This document shows, in pieces, positions 27,168 to 33,647 of a DNA stretch of 64,000 bases. Source of the DNA: Flavobacteriales bacterium. GTDB lineage: Bacteria > Bacteroidota > Bacteroidia > UBA10329. How positions within the stretch are numbered: the first letter of the stretch is position 1; each line of letters starts with the position of its first letter. Under the pieces are notes generated by a model, which saw nothing but the letters and a program-made list of their open reading frames with translations, was not told the DNA's origin and did no database searches. Location of the stretch: the NCBI GenBank assembly GCA_020635535.1, contig JACJZP010000013.1, forward strand, positions 16,358 through 80,357, written 5' to 3'. The position numbers and the translations under genes are program-made.

Positions 27168-27251
27168 TTGTCACAATTGGAAAGACCAATGTAACCCGTT
27201 TTTGACAACGCGCAAACCAATTGTTACAATTGTTGCAGGTTCAAGCTGCTG

Positions 27252-28223
27252 TTAAGGGAAGTGGATCTCTCCCAGCGCATGCAATACTTCAGAAGGGTTC
27301 ATTCCAAGCCAAAAATTTGACTCTGGAGTGGTAGGGTCCAAGTTGGTATTCAGATCAAGGATGTAATCTGCCAGGTCCAGACCTTGTTGTCTTTCGCTAG
27401 CGCTTGCATGCTTTTCAAGCGTGTCGGCAACACGGACTGATCTTGCGTGAACAAGCGTTGCTTTGTGGTTCCAGCCATCAAACGCTCCAAGATCCGGAAA
27501 TAGGACAACGTGCCTGTCTGAAAACAGGCCAGAACTGGAATTCAATTGATGTAACGTTTTGCTGCCCGATGCAAGCCAAACAAAATCTGGAAATTGGATA
27601 GAAGCAATAATGGCGGTCTTTTCACTCTCTACAATTGCGACCACCTTATCGGGGAATTTTTGTAACAAGTGCTCCCCAAAGAAGCATTGCTTTAGATTGA
27701 AGTTTTGAAGGTGTAGTTCTGAATGCACCCAACAAATATGATTGTGCGGTTCCTTGACCCTTTTGCCGGTTGATTCGTAGAGCATGATTTTGCCAGTACG
27801 GACTTTAGATCCATGATCAACTTGCCAGAAAACTGTTGCGCCCGACCACTTTTTTGACGCACCGATCATGTATAGTTCGAGAGCCTCGTTCACCAGTTGC
27901 TTATCAAACCTGGAATAAAGGAATTCAGTGAGGTTGTTTTTGCGGTTTAACGTTGGGACTACGCGTTTCCAGTCGATTGTGTCAATTGCTCTGTTTGAAG
28001 GTTTTCCAGTTGTAACAAGTCTGTGGCCTTCTGCGAAAGCGGTTTCTTGGTAGGGGTTTAGGTGGTAACCGCAATTTACCTCTCTGTCACATCGTCCGAA
28101 TTTGTATTCCAAATATTCATTGGTCTGAGAGTCTTTGTAGCGCACATATCTCCTTTTGTTACAATGAGGACAGTGGTGTTTTTTGCTGCCTTTTTCGAGT
28201 TGGTATATGAACGCTTCAGCCAT
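27252..28223 (-). CDS. putative primase-like replication protein (N-terminal zinc ribbon, Toprim-like C-terminal half)
   Basis: CPHCNKRRY...CDREVNCGYH gives four Cys/His ligands. VAIVESEKTAII followed by VVLFPDLGAFDGW resembles Toprim E and acidic motifs. Its position in the int-xis-ATPase-primase module also supports the call. Assigned by eye only. Confidence 0.4.
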   Translation of the reverse strand: MAEAFIYQLEKGSKKHHCPHCNKRRYVRYKDSQTNEYLEYKFGRCDREVNCGYHLNPYQETAFAEGHRLVTTGKPSNRAIDTIDWKRVVPTLNRKNNLTEFLYSRFDKQLVNEALELYMIGASKKWSGATVFWQVDHGSKVRTGKIMLYESTGKRVKEPHNHICWVHSELHLQNFNLKQCFFGEHLLQKFPDKVVAIVESEKTAIIASIQFPDFVWLASGSKTLHQLNSSSGLFSDRHVVLFPDLGAFDGWNHKATLVHARSVRVADTLEKHASASERQQGLDLADYILDLNTNLDPTTPESNFWLGMNPSEVLHALGEIHFP

Positions 28224-28285
28224 TGCTTACGGATGTTTACAATTACAAAGTCCCTATATGGCCGTTGTAAATTGTAAACATTGAT

Positions 28286-29440
28286 TCAGCTCTTTGTAAC
28301 AGGGGAAAGTTTCAGCCAAACAGTTCGCCCAATTTTGTAGTCATCTAGCCTTTTGGTGGATTGATCTTCCTTTGCAACGATAGGAGTCTGGTCTTCAATG
28401 AGGTGATCAAGGCGTTCTCGGATGGTGTTTTCACTACATATGAACGATTCAGCGAGAATCGAAATCAAATCAGTTTTCTTGATGTCTTTCTTTTTGTTCA
28501 TGAGTACCCGAACGGCTTCTTTAACACCTTCTATTGGTGCCTTCAGTTGTCGCTCCTGTCTTGTCTGAACAATTTCATCTTCGCTTGCCGGTATTAGAGT
28601 GTGCTGCTCCTGGCAATATTTGACAAACAGGTCTGGGTGTCGTTGTGATCTTCTGCATTTCAGATAACTGATTTTGATGATGTCCGATTCTCCAGAGGAA
28701 TTGTCTGCGCGAGAAATCTGCATGACGGTTGACGCTTTATTGGAAAGCTCTGTTCCAAGATGCCCTCTTGCTTTTTGACTATTAGGGTTTTCGTGTATTA
28801 CTGCCACAAACGTTGCGTTGTGGTTGTTTACCGTACTATTCATCATATCAATCAGCTGGAGGCTGTCCTCGGCATTATTGAAGTCAGAAACACAATCTGA
28901 TAATACGTCCAGAATAACTACAATGTGGTTTTTAGAGCTATGTCTAATGTATTCAAGAAACTCATGGAGTGCTTCAAATCGTTCCGATCTCTTAAAGTCC
29001 AATAAGGATGAGTATCTCAGATTGGGAATGTCCTCCGTGGTTTTGATGCCACATAATTTCTGGATTGATTGTATAGCGGCTGCAAACTGATCTTTCCAGT
29101 TTCGTTCAGTGTCCAGATAAATGACATCAATAGGAGAATTCTTGTTGCCTCTAAAACCAACCGAGGAGCCCCCTGATAGAAGCGAAACACATATGATTTC
29201 AGCTAACCGGCTTTTATGTACGCCATGCTGCCCTTGAATAACGCTTATGGTGTTGGGAAATATCACAGGTAATTCTTCCCAAGTAATCAGCGGTGGAGCA
29301 AACCTGATGTTCGATTTTTTGGTTTCTCTTATTAGCTCTTCTGTCTTTAGTAGTTTTAGAAGCTTTTCTGAATGAGTAGGTGAGGAGTAGCTATTAACAT
29401 CCTTGGCCAGTTCTTCCATGTTTTTCAAAGGTTCAGACAT
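28286..29440 (-). CDS. P-loop (RecA-fold, RepA/DnaB-like) ATPase of the island replication module
   Basis: Deviant Walker A GQHGVHKS and Walker B-like HIVVILDVLSD. 1-nt overlap with the upstream HTH gene (29440). Confidence 0.45.
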   Translation of the reverse strand: MSEPLKNMEELAKDVNSYSSPTHSEKLLKLLKTEELIRETKKSNIRFAPPLITWEELPVIFPNTISVIQGQHGVHKSRLAEIICVSLLSGGSSVGFRGNKNSPIDVIYLDTERNWKDQFAAAIQSIQKLCGIKTTEDIPNLRYSSLLDFKRSERFEALHEFLEYIRHSSKNHIVVILDVLSDCVSDFNNAEDSLQLIDMMNSTVNNHNATFVAVIHENPNSQKARGHLGTELSNKASTVMQISRADNSSGESDIIKISYLKCRRSQRHPDLFVKYCQEQHTLIPASEDEIVQTRQERQLKAPIEGVKEAVRVLMNKKKDIKKTDLISILAESFICSENTIRERLDHLIEDQTPIVAKEDQSTKRLDDYKIGRTVWLKLSPVTKS

Positions 29441-29715
29441 TACTTGAAAGCTTGACGTTTGTGGTCATTCAGAAGTTTGTGGACATCCGAAAGTCGATAG
29501 TAAACTTTGGAGCCTATCTGAGAGAAGGATACTAACCCCTGATCTCGATAGGACTGAGCCGTCCGTTTTGAGATTTTCAGGAGTTGGCAGAACTCCTGAT
29601 TGTCGAGCCAGACATTTTCTGGGTCTGGTTCGTTTTCGAGTGCCTTTTTCTCGATTTCTTCAAGCCTTGTTAGAATAGCTTGAAATGCATCTGATTGTAT
29701 TGTAATTACTTCCAT
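29440..29715 (-). CDS. excisionase-type helix-turn-helix DNA-binding protein
   Basis: 91 aa. LLKISKRTAQSYRDQGLVSFSQIGSKVYYRLSDVHKLL is a MerR/excisionase-type HTH pattern. It lies in the integrase-proximal module. Confidence 0.55.
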   Translation of the reverse strand: MEVITIQSDAFQAILTRLEEIEKKALENEPDPENVWLDNQEFCQLLKISKRTAQSYRDQGLVSFSQIGSKVYYRLSDVHKLLNDHKRQAFK

Positions 29716-29811
29716 GACTCAATGTTTTAATGAAACGTTGAGCAAATTTTGGAAGAAGAAGGAAGGAGGTTTTTGGGTAGAAAAAATATTCTTTACAAGG
29801 TTTCTACCCAA

Positions 29812-30783
29812 TCATTTATCGAATTCGTTCATTTTGTGTTTGAACACGTCAGCAAAATATGCCTTACGTGAACTGTAACTTGCAAGATCTTCAGTTTGTC
29901 TTTTAAGGAACTCGTCTTCGCTCATCGCGTATTTTGAATCAACTAGTGATACTAATAGGCCAGTTATCCCTCGAGCCTCGTTTGTGCTCCTTGCGATTTC
30001 GTTGTTAACCAGAAACCTGTAGACGATATGCATCATCCTGTCTTTTCGTAATCGAAAAAACTTTGAGGGACTTCGGTTCATCTGATTTTCCAAATCTGGA
30101 TTATTCAAGTGTCTGTACAAGGCTTCGTTTAGTTCGGGTAATTTTCTGAGCGCATTAGTTAATGGAAGTAAAGCTCTTGAGGTTGAAACATTGAATGACT
30201 TGGTATCATAATAAGTATCCTCCAAAAACCTTGGGTCGAATCCAACATCTCGTTTTTTCTGATTCGGTTCCTTGAGGTTTGGCAGGCTTTGGGTTTTATA
30301 GTCTTTATGTTTTCCCAGCTTAAGACTGATGTTGACAATTTCTACTCCGTGTTCATTCAAATGTTCGAAGGCGTTGCGCAGGGAAATAGTATTCTCTGCA
30401 ACGATATGGTTATCATTGCCAAGTACATTGAAGTTTGTACGCCTAAAGTTTGACAAAGGCACACATAGATCATCGACATAGCTATGGTCAATAGATTGTT
30501 CTTTGCATAATTCAAGAACAGCCGAATACAAACCTTCCTCGACCCAGTAGTTGGAATAGAATTCAAACAGTACAGGGTTGTTTGTGAAATACGGGTCTTT
30601 CAACTCATCAACGATTCTCATTCCAAGCACAGGTTCCCAGTATTCTACATCTGGAAATATTTTGTGTCCCTTGATTTTAGGCTTTGCCTTGGCTTTGTCT
30701 TCGAATTCTACATCGACTTCTCCTTGGAAAAAATCGAGTCTATATATTGAGCTTTTCTCGGTTGGTTCTTCTTTATTCATCAT
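29812..30783 (-). CDS. hypothetical island protein (323 aa from ATG 30783)
   Basis: The track start 30816 overlaps int. An ATGATG at 30783 lies 1 nt after the int stop (TGA 30787-30785). No recognisable motif. Confidence 0.4.
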   Translation of the reverse strand: MMNKEEPTEKSSIYRLDFFQGEVDVEFEDKAKAKPKIKGHKIFPDVEYWEPVLGMRIVDELKDPYFTNNPVLFEFYSNYWVEEGLYSAVLELCKEQSIDHSYVDDLCVPLSNFRRTNFNVLGNDNHIVAENTISLRNAFEHLNEHGVEIVNISLKLGKHKDYKTQSLPNLKEPNQKKRDVGFDPRFLEDTYYDTKSFNVSTSRALLPLTNALRKLPELNEALYRHLNNPDLENQMNRSPSKFFRLRKDRMMHIVYRFLVNNEIARSTNEARGITGLLVSLVDSKYAMSEDEFLKRQTEDLASYSSRKAYFADVFKHKMNEFDK

Positions 30784-30784
30784 T

Positions 30785-31978
30785 TCAATCGTTGAATAGA
30801 TCAATAGCACTATCAAGATCCGCGTTTACAATTTTGGCGTAGACCTGAGTTGTTCGGATGGATTTATGGCCAAGTAGTTTTGAAACATGTTCAATTCGCA
30901 TGCCTCTTCGGAGCATTCGAGTAGCCCATGTGTGTCTTGACATATGAAAATGTAGATGCTTCTCAATACCTGCTTTCTTAGCTATTTCCCCCAAATTCTT
31001 ATTGACATAGGCATTCGCGGATGAGGTGTGTCTAAGAACTACTTTGTCATTCTGCAGGTCAGTTGTCTCTGGTATCAATCCAAAGATGAAGGATTCCTTA
31101 CTCCAATTTTCTGGAAGCGAGTCAATAATGGCAAGAGCGGTTTTGCCAAGTTTTATGTTCAGTTGTTGGCCGGTTTTTCGGGTGGTGAAGGTTAATCGTT
31201 CACCATCAAAGTTTTTCCATTTAAGGGTGAGCAGATCTGATATTCTGATGCCAGCTGTGTATGACGCAAAAACAAACAGATCTCGATGCCTGCACATTCT
31301 GGAATTTTCCTTGAGTTGTAAGTTTTTGAGCTTCTCTAGCTCCTCATCTGTCAAAAACTCTATTTCAACCTCTTTCTTTCTGATCTTATAAATGTCAAAT
31401 GGGTTCCTTCCTTGCTGCAGTATTCCTTCTCTAGAAGCTTCATTCAATATGGTTCTCAAACCACTCATATTTGAAGCTACAGTATTTGTTGAGTTTCCGA
31501 GATGATTCAGTAAATAGTGCTCATAGTTGTTGAGCCATTTGACATCTAAATGTTCGAGGATGATGTCCTTTCCGTTTAAGTAGGTTTCAACTTTTGCTAC
31601 AACGGTTCGCATTCTCTTGATCATGCCTGGTTTGTTGATACTTTCTCTTCGTTTAACGAATGAATCAGCATAGGTCAAGAAGCCAGTTGAACGATGGCGT
31701 AGAACATCTAAAGCCTCATTCTTTCTGTTTGTGGTCTCTGATTCAATTACGGCTTCTCTAACCTCAGCAAGCTTTTGTTGAACAAGGTGGTTGAAGCGCA
31801 CGGAGTTTGCGAAGGTTCTTTTCGCTTGTTCTTTAATTGGGTCCCAATACTTTGGTGGAATTGATACTCCAAGAGACTTGTATTTAGGTCTCCTGTCAAC
31901 GATTACTCTAACATAAAGAGGAGCTTCCCCGTTTGATTTAAGTTTATCTTCCCGGAGAATGGGTTTTATTGAAGGCAT
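30785..31978 (-). CDS. int: site-specific tyrosine recombinase (integrase) with N-terminal arm-binding-type domain
   Basis: The C-terminal catalytic region HMSRHTWATRMLRRGMRIEHVSKLLGHKSIRTTQVYAKI carries HxxR ... H ... Y. ASYTAGIRISDL carries the first Arg. The N-terminus (KSNGEAPLYVRVIVDRRPKYKSLGVSIPPKYWD) is typical of Bacteroidota integrases. Confidence 0.9.
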   Translation of the reverse strand: MPSIKPILREDKLKSNGEAPLYVRVIVDRRPKYKSLGVSIPPKYWDPIKEQAKRTFANSVRFNHLVQQKLAEVREAVIESETTNRKNEALDVLRHRSTGFLTYADSFVKRRESINKPGMIKRMRTVVAKVETYLNGKDIILEHLDVKWLNNYEHYLLNHLGNSTNTVASNMSGLRTILNEASREGILQQGRNPFDIYKIRKKEVEIEFLTDEELEKLKNLQLKENSRMCRHRDLFVFASYTAGIRISDLLTLKWKNFDGERLTFTTRKTGQQLNIKLGKTALAIIDSLPENWSKESFIFGLIPETTDLQNDKVVLRHTSSANAYVNKNLGEIAKKAGIEKHLHFHMSRHTWATRMLRRGMRIEHVSKLLGHKSIRTTQVYAKIVNADLDSAIDLFND

Positions 31979-32002
31979 GATTTTGAATTATTTCACTGCA
32001 AA

Positions 32003-32026
32003 ATAGGTAAAACAATGGGTAAAACA
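32003..32026 (+). repeat. tandem arm-type repeats, right island end (in the int upstream region)
   Basis: ATAGGTAAAACA then ATGGGTAAAACA, starting 25 nt upstream of the int start. A degenerate TAGGTGAAAAG lies at 32124-32134. Confidence 0.5.
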
Positions 32027-32143
32027 ATTGATTCATTATTGTGCTATTTGATACTTCGAATCATCTCTAAAGAAACTCGTTTGAGTTTATTATTAGGTTC
32101 AAAATGATGAAATTAGAAGAATCTAGGTGAAAAGTATGTGATT

Positions 32144-32158
32144 CCTACAGGGTCACAC
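32144..32158 (+). repeat. attR core (partial tRNA-Arg 3' end copy)
   Basis: CCTACAGGGTCACAC is identical to 8556-8570. No tRNA body lies upstream of it. Confidence 0.75.
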
Positions 32159-32160
32159 GG

Positions 32161-32186
32161 AAAAAGGAGGCAATTGCCTCCTTTTT
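32161..32186 (+). terminator. rho-independent terminator, probably the ancestral tRNA-Arg terminator displaced by the island
   Basis: AAAAAGGAGGC-AATT-GCCTCCTTTTT is a perfect 11-bp stem with a T-run. It starts 3 nt after the attR core. Confidence 0.5.
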
Positions 32187-32213
32187 TTGTTCTTGATTGG
32201 AAGCCACTTTCTT

Positions 32214-32221
32214 TACATTTG
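32214..32221 (+). promoter_or_regulatory. candidate -7 promoter box TACATTTG
   Basis: Matches TAnnTTTG and ends 15 nt upstream of ATG 32236. It supports that start over the TTG at 32197. Confidence 0.35.
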
Positions 32222-32235
32222 CAGCTAATCCCGAA

Positions 32236-32775
32236 ATGACCATTATAGCCTCTTCATTCCGTTCTTTATTCATCCTGTCGGTTGTTCTGCTATCGGCTTG
32301 CGGCTCGGGTAAAAAAGTCGTCTCTGTAATTGTAGAAGATAAGAGCGGTAATACCGAGTTGATCTACACGAAAGTTCAAGCTCCTGAAAATCTTGTCAAG
32401 GAGATCAGATACTACGCGAATGGCGATACGCTGAGCATTACTCCCATGATGAAGGGTGCAGTTCATGGCACGGTTAGCAGATATTGGAAAGGCAATAAAT
32501 TGAAGGAACGGATCACATTTGCAAATGGAGTTCAGAGCGGTTCCTTTGAGTGTTTTGATAACAATGGCACGTTGGTGTTTGAAGGGGAACTTGAAAATGG
32601 GCTGAAGACCGGAATTTGGACAACTTGGTATGATGATGTGCAAATGCAGGAGCAGCGTGTTTATGCTAATGATGTACCAAACGGAAAATGGACCTATTGG
32701 TATATTGATGGTAGCTTGAAGCGCGAAGAGGTTTATAAGGATGGCAAGCTAATTGAAGAGAAGAATTATGATTAA
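32236..32775 (+). CDS. YwqK/MORN-repeat-variant lipoprotein
   Basis: From ATG 32236: MTIIASSFRSLFILSVVLLSACGS (lipobox). Repeated G-x-W-x-x-W/Y-x-x-G motifs (GIWTTWYDD, GKWTYWYIDG) are typical of YwqK-family repeats. Confidence 0.6.
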   Translation: MTIIASSFRSLFILSVVLLSACGSGKKVVSVIVEDKSGNTELIYTKVQAPENLVKEIRYYANGDTLSITPMMKGAVHGTVSRYWKGNKLKERITFANGVQSGSFECFDNNGTLVFEGELENGLKTGIWTTWYDDVQMQEQRVYANDVPNGKWTYWYIDGSLKREEVYKDGKLIEEKNYD

Positions 32776-33568
32776 TCCACTCGCCATGAGGACTGTTTTT
32801 ACACTTTTCATCCTAATGTTGCCGTTTTGGGTCTGTGCACAGAAAACTGAGGAAGTAAAGGAATACTATGAATCTCGTAGGCTCAGATCTCAGGCAACAG
32901 TAGTTGATGGTGTAAAGAACGGCAAGTACACCGAATGGTATGAGAACGGCCAGAAGAGTTTGGAAGGAAACTATCTGAACGGCAAAAGGGAAGGTAAGTG
33001 GCAGGAATGGTATCAGAACGGAAAGCTATGGACGCTTTCCAACTATAAAGACGATCTGAGAGACGGCCGCTATGTAGATCATGATATGAATGGAGCCAAG
33101 GTGGAGGAAGGATATATGGTTCAAGGAATACCCAATGGTCCTTTTTATACCTTTTTCAACGATGGTACTCCGCGTAGTGAAGGAGTGCTGAAGAACGGGA
33201 TGAAGGTGGAGATATGGGTTACATACTACGAGAATGGTATTAAGCGCGATCAGGGAGAATATAAAATGAGTCGTAAGGTAGGTCAGTGGGAAGAATGGCA
33301 TGAGAACGGTAAGATAAAGTCCAGAGGGGTCTATTTTGCAGGACTTAAGCATGGCCCTTGGACCTACTGGTATGACAATGGAAGGAAGGAGAGTGAAGGC
33401 GAGTACTTTGAAGACAGACGTAAGGCTATTTGGACGTTCTGGCATGAGAACGGTCAAATGAAAAGCAAGGGAAACTACTTTGGTGAGACCAAGGTGGGTA
33501 AGTGGAAATATTGGAACAAGGAAGGAGAGCTCGAAAAGGAGGAATCATATCCTGTGCCCGACCAATAG
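32768..33568 (+). CDS. YwqK/MORN-repeat-variant protein, secreted
   Basis: Seven or more repeats of the G-K-x-x-E/T-W-Y/H-E-N-G type (GKYTEWYENGQ, GKWQEWYQNGK, GQWEEWHENGK, GPWTYWYDNGR, IWTFWHENGQ). Signal peptide ..MRTVFTLFILMLPFWVCAQ. The start is ambiguous (32753, 32768 or 32786). Confidence 0.6.
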   Translation: MINPLAMRTVFTLFILMLPFWVCAQKTEEVKEYYESRRLRSQATVVDGVKNGKYTEWYENGQKSLEGNYLNGKREGKWQEWYQNGKLWTLSNYKDDLRDGRYVDHDMNGAKVEEGYMVQGIPNGPFYTFFNDGTPRSEGVLKNGMKVEIWVTYYENGIKRDQGEYKMSRKVGQWEEWHENGKIKSRGVYFAGLKHGPWTYWYDNGRKESEGEYFEDRRKAIWTFWHENGQMKSKGNYFGETKVGKWKYWNKEGELEKEESYPVPDQ

Positions 33569-33647
33569 GTCAATATTACCGACCATCCTCTAAACAATGA
33601 TCGTTTTTTCACTTTCTTTAGTGCTTGCTAATCAAAGCAGGTGAACT

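Larger units (their letters stand above)
8556..32158. mobile_element. tRNA-Arg-integrated genomic island (~23.6 kb) with tyrosine integrase, excision/replication module, type I R-M defence cargo and a giant T9SS protein
   Basis: A 15-nt direct repeat CCTACAGGGTCACAC sits at 8556-8570 (tRNA 3' end) and 32144-32158. The integrase gene is 166 nt inside the right repeat. Arm-type repeats lie inside both ends. Housekeeping genes flank the element. Confidence 0.75.

Noticed and set aside
8556-32158. Island considered as a prophage
   Set aside because: No capsid, portal, terminase, tail or lysis genes are recognisable. The content is int/xis/replication plus defence and a surface protein.
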